From the human T2T-CHM13v2.0 reference genome, Homo sapiens, in NCBI RefSeq assembly GCF_009914755.1, contig NC_060926.1: a stretch of 64,000 nt of DNA. One strand, given 5' to 3'. Positions 50,239 through 64,000 of this stretch are shown one piece after another. Both the position numbers and the translations under genes were made by a program. The notes below the pieces were generated by a model, which saw only the letters and a program-made list of their open reading frames with translations, was not told the origin of the DNA and made no database searches. The first letter of the stretch is position 1, and each line of letters begins with the position of its first letter.

Positions 50239-53200
50239 TTTCTTAAGAAATTTTCATACCAAATTTTTACTCTTTGCGTTTTTCACCTTATATATTCATA
50301 TTAGAGCCTAACCCTTCCCCCAACATGAATCTCATTTGCAAGGACTGATTTATAAGACTACACTGAAATTTTCCCTCTAGGACATAAAAAGCAACACCTT
50401 GTCATTACTAACAAAAACAGTGACATCTTGTCTTTGTGGATTGAAAAAAATAATATTGCTAAAACAGCAATACTACCTAAAGCGATCTACAGATTTAATG
50501 CAATCCCTATCAATAAACCAAAGACATTTTTCACAGAAATAGAAAAAAAATTTAAAATTAATATGGAACCACAAAAGACCTTGAATAGCAAAAGCAATGC
50601 TAAGCAAAAAAAAACAAAGCTGGAGGCATCACAATACCTGACTTCAACATATATTCCAAAGGTATAGTAACCAAAACAGTATGGTATTTGCATTAAACAC
50701 AAACACATAAATAAATGGAATAGAATAGAGAGCCCCCAAACAAATTCATACACCCATAGCCACTTGATTTTCAACAAAGGTGCCAAAAACACACATTGGG
50801 GAGAAGACAGTCTCTTTAATAATGATGCTGGGAGAATTGGATATACACACACAGAAGACTGATACTAGATGCCTACCTCCCACCATATAAGAAAATCAAC
50901 TCAAAATAGATTAAAGACTTAAATGTAAGACCTGAAACTGCGAAGCTACTAGAAGAAAACATAAGAGAATTGCTTCATGACATTGGTCTGGGCAAGGGTT
51001 TTTAAAATAAGACCTAAGACCTCAAAGGCACAGGCAACACATGCAAAAATAGACACATGGGATTATATCGGACTAAACAACTTTTGCCTAGCAAAGGAAA
51101 CAATTAACAACTGAAGAGACAATCGGCAGAAGGAAAAATATGTGCAAACTATACACCTGACAAGGAGTTAGTATCCAGAATATATAAGGCACTTAAATAA
51201 CAGCAAAAAAAAAAAAAAAAAAACAAAAAAAAACCAAAAACCCAATTTAAAAGTGGGCAAGAAGAGTGGCCAAAGTGGCTGACTAGAAGCAGCCAGTGTG
51301 AGTGGCTTGCACAGACAGGAATGGAAGAGGTGAATAAATACAACACATTCAACTGAAACGTCCAGGTACTTGCATTGAGACTAATCAAAAAACAACTTGA
51401 CCCACGAAGAATGAAGAAAAGCAAGACAGAACAACAGCCTACCAAGGAGCAACACGGAGCCAGGGGAACCTCCCTTGCCCAAGGAAGCAGTGAGTGAATG
51501 AGTGAGTGACCCTTATCTCGTGACGTGCCCTGGAAGTGGAGCCTGCAGGCTGTTGCTGCTCAGCCCCCTGGATTAAACTGCTTTCTTGAAAGCTTTCATG
51601 AAACCTTTCATGAAACCATGCATTCTCCATAGATCCTTGCACCCTCAGGTCGGGAGACCTTGTGAACCCACTTCACCAGGGCCTTCATTCTGACAGAAAG
51701 AGCTATGTGGAATCTTGGCAGAGCAGCTGCTCAGTCATGCGGGGAGACCATGGAGCCTTAGATACTCAGGCTTTCTGGCAAAAGTGGCTGCAGTTCCAGC
51801 AAAGTGGGTTGTTAGACTTCTATATATACCCCTAAGAAAGAGGCTGAATCCAAGCGGCTGAGCAGCAACAGCCTGCAGGCTCCACTTCCAGGGCACATCA
51901 TGAGATAAGACCCACTGGCTTGGGATTCCAGCCAGCCACCAGTAGCGACATTGTACCTCCCAAATAAGGAGCTCCCAGGAGGAGCGGCAGGCCATCATCT
52001 TTGCTGTTTGGGTTCCTTAGCTGTTCCAGTCTGCAGCTTTTGGAGAGTCTGAGCTGACCGGGGGTGGAAGGAATTCCTCAGCACAGCACAGCTCTTCTAC
52101 CAAAATGTAGCCAGACTGCTTCTTTAAGCAAGTCCTCACTGGGTGGGACCCCCCAACTGGGGACTCCAGTCATCCCTGTCAGTGTTCTCCAGCCAACAGA
52201 GATTTGCAACCTCCCTGGGATGGAGACCCCAGAGGGATGGGTGGGCCAACATCTTTGCTATTTTGGTGACATAGCCATTCCAGCCTTTGGGCTTTGGAGT
52301 GTCTGAGGCAACTGGGGGCTGAAGTGGACCTCCAGCACAGCATAGCTACTGTACCAAAATGTCTCTGGACTTCTTTTTTAAGCAGGTCCCTGATCCCATT
52401 CCTCCTCACTGGGTAGTACCTCCCAACTGGGGTCTCCGGCCACCTCCTACAGGTGCCTTTGAGCCAGCAACAGGCCTGTATCTTTCTGGGTCGAAGCTCC
52501 CAGAAGGAGGGACAAGCTGCCATTTTTGCTGTTTTCAGCCTTCACTGTTGATACTTCTAGGTACTGGAAAATCTGAGGCAACTAGGGACTGGAGTGGTCC
52601 TCAAGCATACCACGGGAGCCCTATGGAAAGTGGCCAGACTGTGACCTGAGTCCCCTTTCCCATATCCCCTCACTGGGCAAGTCCTCCAGGTCTGGGCTTC
52701 AAGCCACCCCACTGCTAAAGTTATCAAGCCATACCAACTCAGAAACAGCCTCGACAGAGTCTCTAGGGGCAATTGAAAGCCTCTCTGCTACTGCATCTGC
52801 TGTGGAACTGCCCCTGCCACCCTTGGACTAACAAAGGAGTGAAAGATAAGTGCCTTATTCACACCTCCAACAAAGTGCAGTTAACTCAAGGAGAAGAGGC
52901 AAGTCCATCTCTCACGGGCCCCACACACTTCCCACTGCTTGTCACAGGACAGGGAACCCCTGGTTTGGACCCACACCACAGACCTTTCATTCTGGGCTGA
53001 TTGCATTGAGCGATTGCTGACCTGCATCCCTCTGGGGTGGAGTTCCCAGGAGACCAGCAAGCAACCCTTGGCCACAACCACTACCAAGAGCTGTTACCCT
53101 GCTGTCTCCATGTTGGGGAAGGAACATAAACACTGAGATCACCTTAGAGTTGTAGTGGGCAGCCCAGTAGTGCCAAGTCATAATCTACAGCCAACACTCG

Positions 53201-53509
53201 ACAGGGAGAGGAACCCACAGCTTCAGAGCATTGAGAGGAAACATGGCTGCAACTGTGAGAAAACATAGGCAAGCCACACAACCGAGGAAGAGTCTACCAA
53301 TAAGCCAAGTGCCACCTGCTGGATCACACTCCAAAGCGTCAACACCAAAAATACCGTACTAACATACCTCCCCTCTGAAACTAGAGACAAGAGGTAAGCT
53401 TCAAATAACGACCCTTTGCAAAGCCTCAGCCCAGTAAAAATATCCAGAAAAGAAGTCTACTGACTGTACTCAACATACACTGCTCTTAAAGGAACACCCC
53501 CATACAGAG

Positions 53510-54518
53510 ATGAGAAAAAAACAATGCAAGAACTCTGGTAACTCAAATAGCCAAAGTTATTTTATCCTCCAAAAACAACTGGACCAATTCTCCAACAAGA
53601 GTTCTTAATCAGGCTGAACTGGCTTGAATTACATAAATAGAATTCAGAATATAGATAGGAACAAAGATCAAGATTCAGGAGAATGGCCAAACTCAATCCA
53701 AGGAAAATAACAATCACAATAAAGCAGTAAAGGAGCTGAAGGACTAAATAGCCAGCATAAAAAAAGAAGCTAATGGGCCTGACAGTGGTGAGTAACACAA
53801 TACAAGAATTTCACAATGCATTCATGAGTGTTAATAGCAGAATAAACCAATCTGAGGAAAAAAATCTCAGAACTTGAAGACTGGTTCTCTGAGATAAGAC
53901 AGTCAAACAAAAATAAAGAAAAAAGAATGAAGAGGAATGAACAAACTTTTGAGAAGTATGAGATTATGTAAAGAGGCCAAATCTATGTATCATTGACATT
54001 CTTGAAAGGCTGAGGGGGAGAAGCAACCAATCTGGAAAACATATTTCAGAATATTGTTTATGAAAACATCCCCAACCTTGCTAGAGAGGCCAGGAAATAC
54101 AGAGAACTCCTGCAAGATTCTACAAAAGAAAATCATCCCAAGACACATAATCAACAGATTTTTCAAGGTAGAAATGAAAGAAAGAATGTTAAAGGCATCT
54201 AGAGAAAAAGGGCAGGTCATCTGCAAAGGGAACCCCATCAGGCTAACTGTGGACCTCTCAGCTGAAACCCTACAAGACAGAAGAGACTGGGGGCCTATTT
54301 TCAACATTCCTGAAGAAAAAAATCTTCAAAGTCTTCAACCAATAATTTCTTATCCAGCCAAACTAAGCTTTTCAAGTGAAGGAGAAATAAGATCCTTGTC
54401 AGATAAGCAAATGTTGAGGCAATTCATTACCACCAGATCTGCCTTACAAGGGATATTGAAAGGAGCACTAAATATAGAAAGAAAAGACCCCTACCAGCTA
54501 ATACAAAAACACACTTAA
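53510..54518 (+). pseudogene. Disrupted L1 ORF1p
   Basis: 54054-54518 ORF gives PRHIINRF..KGNPIRLTVDLSAETLQDRRDWGPIF..YPAKLSF (ORF1p RRM/CTD); upstream stops and frameshifts. Confidence 0.9.
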
Positions 54519-54586
54519 ACACCCAGACCACTGTCACTGTAAGGAAACCACACAAACAAGCCAACGTAATAACCAGCTAATATAAA

Positions 54587-57500
54587 ATGATGGGATCAAA
54601 ATCCACACAAAACAATACTAACCTTGAATGTAAATGGGGTAAATACCCCAGTGTGGCAAGCTGAATAAAAAAGAACAATCTAATGGTATGCTGTCTTCAA
54701 GAGACCCGTCTCACAGGTAATGACACTCATAAGCTCAAAGTAAAGGGGTGAAGGAAAAATCTACCAAGCAAATGGAAAATAGAAAAAAGCAGGGGTTGTA
54801 ATTCTCATTTCAGACAAAACAGATTTCCAACGAACAAAGATCAAAAAAGACAAAGAAGAGCATTAATAATGGTAATGGGTTCAATTCGACAAGAAGACCT
54901 AACTATCCTAAATATACGTGTACCCAACACAGGAGCACCAATTTCATAAAGCAAGTTCTTAAGGAACCACAAAGCGACACAGACTCCCACACAGTAACAG
55001 TGGGAGACCTCAACAATCCACTGACAGTATTAGACGGATCATTGAGGTAGAAAATTAAGAATGATTCAGAACCTGAACTCAGCACTGGATCAAATTGACC
55101 TGATAGATATCTACATAATTCTCCATCCCAAAACAACAAAATATATATTTTTCTCACTACCAAATGGCACATACTCTAAAATTGACCACATAATTGGACA
55201 TAAAACAATCCTCAACAAATGTAAAAGAACCAAAACCATACAAAACACACTATCAGACCACAACACAATACAAATAGAAGTCATGAGTATGAAAATCACT
55301 CAAAACCATGCAATTATATGGAAATTAAACAACATGCTCCTGGATGACTTTGTGGTAAACAATGAAATTAAGGCAGAAATCAAGAAGTTCTTTGAAAATA
55401 ATGAGAACAATTATACAACATACCAGAAACTCTGGGATATACCTAAGGCAGTATTAAGAGGGAAATTTATAGCACTAAACACCCATATCAAAAAGTTAGA
55501 AAGATCTCAAATTAAAAGCTGAACTTCACAACTGAAAAAATTAAAGAGTCAACAACAAATCAACCCCAAAGCTAATAGAAGATGAGAAATAACAAAAATT
55601 AGAGCTGAACTGAAGGGAACTGAGAAATGAAAAACCATTCAAAAGATCAACATATTCATGAGTTGGTTTTTTAAAAAAATTAATAAAATAGGCCACTAGC
55701 TAGACTAATAAAGAAGAAAAGAGAAGATCCAAATAAACACAATTAGAAATGATGAAGGGAATGTTACTGCTAATCCCACAGAAATAAAAACAACCATCAG
55801 AAACTACTATGAATACCTCTAGGCACACAAATTAGAAACCCTAGAAGAGATGAATAAGTTCATGGACACATACATGCTTCCAGGACTGAGCCAGGAAGAA
55901 AATGATTCCCTGAACAGAACAATAACAAGCTCCAAAATCGAATCTGTAATAAATGGCCTACCAACCAAAAAAAGCCTTGTATCTGATGGATTCACAACCA
56001 AATTCTACCTGATGTACAAATAAGAGATGGTACAAATAAGAGATGGTACAATTCCTACAGAAAGTATTCCAAAAAATTGAGGAGGAGGGACTCCTTCCCA
56101 ACTCATTCTATGAGGCTAAAAGACATAACAAAAAAAGAAAACTGCAGGCCAATATCCTTGAAGAACATCAATGCAAAAATTCTCAACAAAGTACTTGCAA
56201 GCCAAATTCAGTAGCACATCAAAATGCGAATCCACTATGATCAAGTAGGCTTCATCCCTGGGATGCAAGGTTGGTTCAACATATGCAAAGCAATAAATGT
56301 GATTCACCATTTTAACAGAACTAAAGACCAAAACCATATGATTATCTCAATAGATGCCAAAATTTTTGATAAAATTTAACACTCCTTCATGTTAAAAAGT
56401 CCCAATAAAGAGGTATTGAAGAAACATACTTCAAAACAGTAAGAGTCATCTATGACAAACCCACAGCCAACATTATACTGAATAAGCAAAAGCTGGAAGC
56501 ATTTCTCTTGAAAACTGGCACAAGACAAGGATGCCCTCTCTCACCACATTTATCCAATATAGTACTGGAAGTCCTGGCCAGAGCAATTAGGCAACAGAAA
56601 GAAATAAAAGTCATCCAATAGGAAGAGAGGAAGTCAAACTGTTTTCAGATGGCATGATTCTATATCTAGAAAATCTCATAGTCCCAGCACAAAAGCTCCT
56701 CCAGCTGATATACAACTTAAGCAAAATTGCAGGCTACCAAATCAGTGTACAAAAATGACTAGCATTCCTATACACCAATAAAAGCCAAACCAAGAGACAA
56801 ATTAGAAAGACATTCACAATTGCCATAAAAAGAATGAAATACCTAGGAATACAGCTAACCAGGGAAGTGAAGGATCTCTACAATAACAATTACAAAACGC
56901 GCTCAAAGAAATCAGAGAAGACACAAACAAATGGAAAAACATCCCAAGCTCATAAGTACGAAGAACCAATATCATTACAATGGCTATACTGACCAAAGCA
57001 ATTTACAGATTCAATGCTATTCCTATCAAACTACCAACATTTTTCACAGAATTAGAAAAAAACTAATTTAAATTTCATATGGAACCAAAAAAAGAGCCCA
57101 AACAGCCAAGGCAATCCTAGGCAAAAAGAATAAAACTGAAGGCATCACATTACCTGACTTCAAACTATACTACAAGGCTACAGTAACTAAAACAGCATGG
57201 TACTGGTACAAAAACAGGCATATAGACCAAAGGAACAGAATGGAGATCCCCAGAAATAAGGCTACACATCTATGACCATCTGATTTTTGACAAAGCTTGC
57301 AAAAATAAGCAATGAGGAAAATACTCCATGTTCAATAAATGGTGCTGGGATAACTGGGTCACCATACGCAAAAGATTAAAGCTGAACCCTTTCCTTACGC
57401 CACATCCAAAAATCAACTCAAGATGAATTCAAGACTTAAATGTAAAACCTAAAACTAGTAAAAACTCTGGAAGACAACTTAGGCATTACTATCCTGGACG

Positions 57501-58363
57501 TATAAATGAAAAAAGATATCATGACAAAGACATCAAAACCAACCACAACAAAAGCAAAAATTGACAAGTGGGATCTAATTAAACTAAAGAGCTTCTGCAC
57601 AGCAAAAGAAATTATCAACACACAGACAACCTACAGAATGGGAGAAAATTTTTGCAAACTATGCATCTGACAAAGATCTAATATCCAACATTTATAAGGA
57701 ACTTAAATTTACAAGAGAAAAATCAAACAATCCCATGAAAAAGTGGGCAAGGGACATGAACAGACACTTGTCAAAAGAAGACATACATGCAGCCAACAAG
57801 CATTTGAGAAAAAGCTCAATATTACAGAACACTAGAGAAATGCAAATCAAAACCACAATGAGGTACTTACCATCTCACACTAGTCAGAATGGCTATTATT
57901 AAAAAGTCAAAAAAATAACAGATGCTGGTGAGGTTACAGAGAAATAGGAACAGTTATACACTGCTGGTATGAGTGTAAATTGGTTCAACCATTGTGGAAA
58001 GCAGTATGGTGATTCCTTAAAGAGCTAAAAGCAGAACTAGCATTTCAACCAGCAATCCCATTACTGAGTATATACCCAGACCAATATAAATCATTCTACC
58101 ATAAAGACACATGTATGTGAATATTCACTGCAGTACTATTCACAATAGCAAAGACATGGAATCAACCTAAATGCCCATCAATGACAGGTTGAATAAAGAA
58201 AGTGTAGTACGTATACACCATGGAATACTATGCAGCCATAAGAAAGAACAAGATCATTTCTTTTGCAGGGGCATGGATGGAGCTGGAGGTTATTATTCTT
58301 AGCAAACTAATGCAGAAACAGAAAGCCAAATACGACATGTTCTCACTTATAAGTTGGAGCTAA
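54587..58363 (+). pseudogene. Disrupted L1 ORF2p (endonuclease-RT)
   Basis: Endonuclease motifs TYSKIDH and LSDHN; RT FADD changed to FSDG near 56642-56653; many stops; 16-bp tandem duplication at about 56014-56045; about 30-bp deletion near 56117. Confidence 0.92.
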
Positions 58364-59759
58364 ATTATGAGGACTTATGAACACAAAGAAGGAAACAACA
58401 GACACTGGGGTCTACGTGAGGGGGAGGGTGGGAGGAGGGAGAGGAGCAGAAAAGGTAACTATTGGGTACTGGGTTTATTACCTGGGTGATGAATTAACAC
58501 GTACAACAAACCCTGTGAGATGTGTTTACCTACGCAACAAACCTTTACATGTACTCCCAAACCTAAAATAAATGTTAAAAAAAATAAAATTAAATTAAAG
58601 TGTCCCCAAATGAAAATAGAAATAAATACAAAAATGGGCAAAAGATCTGAACAGACATTTTATAAAGAAATGGCACATATCTACTTCTATATCTATAATA
58701 TATAAATGCTAAATATCACTAATCATCAGGGAAATGCAAATAAAACCCACAAAGAAATGCTACCTCACTCCAGTTGAATGGCTATTAGCAAAAAGACAAA
58801 AGAAAACAAGTGTTGGTGAGAACATAGTAAAAAGTGAACACTTACACATTGTTGGTGGAATTGTAAATTAGTACAGCAACTATGGAAGACAATATGGAGG
58901 TTCCTCAAAAAATTAAAACTAGAACTACCATATGATCCAGCAATCCCACTACTGGGTATGTATCCCAAGGAAATGAAATCAGTATGTGGAAGAGCTGCCC
59001 TCCCATGTTTATTGCAGCACTGCAATAGCCAAGATATGGAATCAACCTATGTACTCAGCAATGGATGAATGGATAAAGCAAATGTGGTGTATAATACACA
59101 CACACACACACACACACAATAGAATACTATAAAGAATTAAATCCTGTCATTTGTGACCATGTGGATGACTCTGAAGAATATCATGTTAAGTGAAATATGT
59201 CGAACCAGACACAGAAAGACAAATACCATATGATCTCACTCATATGTGGAATCTAGAACAAAATGAAACAAAACAAAATCCAAAGTTGACACAGAAGCAG
59301 AGAGTAGAACAGTGGTTACCAGAGACTTTGAAAGGGAGAGGAAGGGGAGGATGAGGAGAGGTTGGTCAAGGGGTAAAACACTATAATTAGATAAGAGCAA
59401 TAAATTCTGGTGTTCTATGGTGTAATGTGACCATGATTAACAGTAAAGCATTGTTTATTACAAAATAGCTAGATGAGAGGCTTTTTAATGTTTTACCACA
59501 AAGAAATAATGAATGCATAGGTGATGGATACACTGACTGCCCTAATTTGATCATTATAATATATATGTATTGAAACATCAAAGTATACACCATAAACATA
59601 CACAATTGCAGTGTAGCAATAAAAATGTTATGTGAATATTAAAAAATAGCTAATAACCATTGAAAATTTACTGTGAGGCAGACACTGCTCTAAGATACGT
59701 GTCTTAGTTTGTTCCATCCTCTCACATTATCAAAACAATTCTTTCTGACATAAAATTGT

Positions 59760-61910
<2,151 letters not shown>

Positions 61911-62059
61911 TTTAACCCTGAGTTATACAGAAAGTTGGGCAATGCCTGGCTGGGGTAGTCAGAACTCCAAACTGCAGGTAATCTTATCCATTTATCCAAT
62001 GTGTCATATAAATATTGTTTTTTGATAAAATTAAATTTAAAAATAATTTTTATCTGTCC

Positions 62060-63975
62060 CCTGAAACATTTATCCTTTGTGTTACAAATAATTTGATTAT
62101 ACTCTTTTAGTTATTTTTTAATGTACAATTAAAGTCTTATTGACTACAGTTCTCCTGTTACGCTGTCAAATACTAGGTCTTATTTTTATTTATTATTTCT
62201 ATTTTATTTTTGTACCCATTAACCATCCCCACGAGGCTCCTGGTCCCCTACTACTTTTCCTAGCCTCTGGTAACCATTCTTCTATTCTCCATCTCCATGA
62301 ATTCAATTGTTTTGATTTTTAAATCCCAGAATAAGTGAGAACATGTGATGTTTATCTTTCTGTGCCTGGCTTATTTCACTGAACATAGTGACCTCCAATT
62401 CTATCCATGCTGTTGCAAATGATAGGATTTCATTCTTTTTCATGGCTGAATAGTACTTCATCATGTATAAATACCACATTTTCTTTATCCACTCATCTGT
62501 TCATGGTCACTCAGGTTGCTTCCAAATTTTAGAACGTTGAACTTTTTCAGCATCATTTGAAATGATCATATGGTTTGGGTCCACCATTCTGTCAATATGA
62601 TGTATTACATTGATTGATTTGCATATGTTGAATTATCTCCCAGCATCCTGGGATAAATCCCACTTGGTCATGATGAATGGTCTATTTAATGTGTTGTTAA
62701 GTTCAGTTTGTTAGTATTTTGTTGAGGATTTTCACATCAATATTCCTTAGGAATATTGGCCTGTAGTTTTCTTTTTCTGATGTGCCTTTTTCTGGTTTTG
62801 GTATCAGGATAATACTGGCCTTATAGAATGAGTTTGGAAGTATTCCTCCACCCTCTGTTTATTGGAACAGATTGAGTGGAACTGGTATTAATTCTTTAAG
62901 CATTTGGTAGAATTTAGCAGTGAAGCGATCAAGTCCCAGTTTTTTGTTTTTGTTTTAACTGGAGATTTCATGGTTCAATCTTGGTAAACTGTATGTATCT
63001 GGAAATTTCTTCATTTCTTCTAGATTTTATAATTTATGGGCATATAGTTCCTCATACTAGCCACTAATGATCCTTTGAATGCTTGCAGTATCAGTTGTAA
63101 TGTCTCCTTTTTCACCTCTGCTTCATTTATCTGGGTCTTCTCTCTTTTTTTATTTAGTCTGGCTAAAGGTTTGTCAATTTTCCTTATCTTTTCAAAAAAA
63201 CTACTTTTTGCTTCATTGATCTTTTGTATCGTTTTCTTCATTTCAAATTCATTTATTTCTGCTCTGACCTTTATTATTTCCTTTCTTCTACTAATTTTGG
63301 ATTTGGTTTGCTCTTGCTTTTCTAGGTCTTTATGATGCATCATTAGATTACTTATTTGAAGTTGTTCTTCTTTTTTGATGTAGGCACTTAGGGCTATAAA
63401 TATCTCTCTTAATATTGCTTTCACTGTATCCCATAGGTTTTAGTATGCTGTTTTTCCATTATCGTTTGTTTCAAAGAAGTTTTCAATTTCCTTCTTAATT
63501 TCTTCATTGACCCACTGGTAATTCAGGAACATATTGTTTAATTTCCCTGTGTTTGCATAGTTTCCAAAATTCCTCTTGTTATTGATGAGGAATTAATAAC
63601 AAGTAGTTTTATTCCATTGTGGTCAGAGAAGGTGACTTTTTTTGTGACCTAACATGTGATCTATCTTTGAGAATGACCCATGTGTTGAGGAGAAAAAGGT
63701 ACATTTTGCAGCCATTGGATGAAATGTTCTGTAAATATCTATCAGGTCCATTTGTTCTATAGGGTAGCTTAAGTCTGATGTTTCTGTTGATTTTCTGTCT
63801 GGGAGATCTGTCCAATGTTGAGAGTGGGGTGTTGAAGTGTCCAGTTATTATTGTGTTGGGGTTTATCTCTATCTTTAGCTCTAAAAATATTTGCCTTATA
63901 TATCTGGATACTCCAGTGTTGGGTACATATATATTTACAATCATGAATTGGCCCCTTTATAATCGTGTAATGATA
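62060..63975 (-). mobile_element. L1MA2/3-type element with a large internal deletion; runs to the window end
   Basis: 3'UTR CATTTATCCTTTGTGTTACAAA..TGTACCCATTAACC; ORF2 peptides [17 protein letters not shown] and IVNIYVPNTG..GHFNTPLSTLDR. Confidence 0.92.
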
Positions 63976-64000
63976 CAATAATACAACAAAGGGGCCAATT

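Larger units (their letters stand above)
51261..58590 (+). mobile_element. Near full-length L1PA14/L1PREC2-type LINE-1 (about 7.3 kb), inactive
   Basis: About 2.2-kb 5'UTR, ORF1 and ORF2 remnants, 3'UTR GAACACAAAGAAGGAAACAACAGACACTGGGGTCTAC and A-tail; TSD AAAAGTGGGCAA (51249-51260) / AAAAATGGGCAA (58630-58641). Confidence 0.93.
50430..59630 (+). mobile_element. L1MA4/5-type host element (50430-51260 and 58630-59630)
   Basis: ORF2-like [19 protein letters not shown] (50428 ORF); resumes ATGGGCAAAAGATCTGAACAGACATT; L1MA 3'UTR GCAGAGAGTAGAACAGTGGTTACCAGAG..ACCACAAAGAAATAATG. Confidence 0.9.

Overview
This is 64 kb of AT-rich, CpG-depleted primate nuclear DNA. It is probably hominoid, inferred from AluY and L1PA3/L1PA4-type fragments, and it looks intronic or intergenic. 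I recognise no protein-coding gene, tRNA, rRNA, snRNA or CRISPR array. Roughly half or more of the window, judged by eye, is transposable element. There are 9 Alus, about 14 solo LTRs (MER57, LTR27/28-type, MLT1, MLT2, MST) and several hAT/Tigger DNA-transposon relics. There are also many MIR, L2 and L3 fragments and several L1s, including a near full-length, dead L1PA14/L1PREC2-type element (51261-58590) inserted into an older L1MA. Subfamily names come from my recall of consensus sequences and need RepeatMasker/Dfam confirmation. Ends without a target-site duplication (TSD) are approximate. The ORF track is explained by Alu/L1/LTR sequence or by chance ORFs. I found no convincing undescribed biological system. 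The best leads are four. (1) Inverted or templated insertions inside L1s: a 76-bp inverted duplicate in the L1 5'UTR and fold-back scars at 63.6 and 64.0 kb. (2) An MLT2A1 LTR with DUX-like motif, TATA and splice donor but no poly(A) signal. (3) Several strong + strand splice-site configurations that could outline a lncRNA. (4) A few candidate enhancers.
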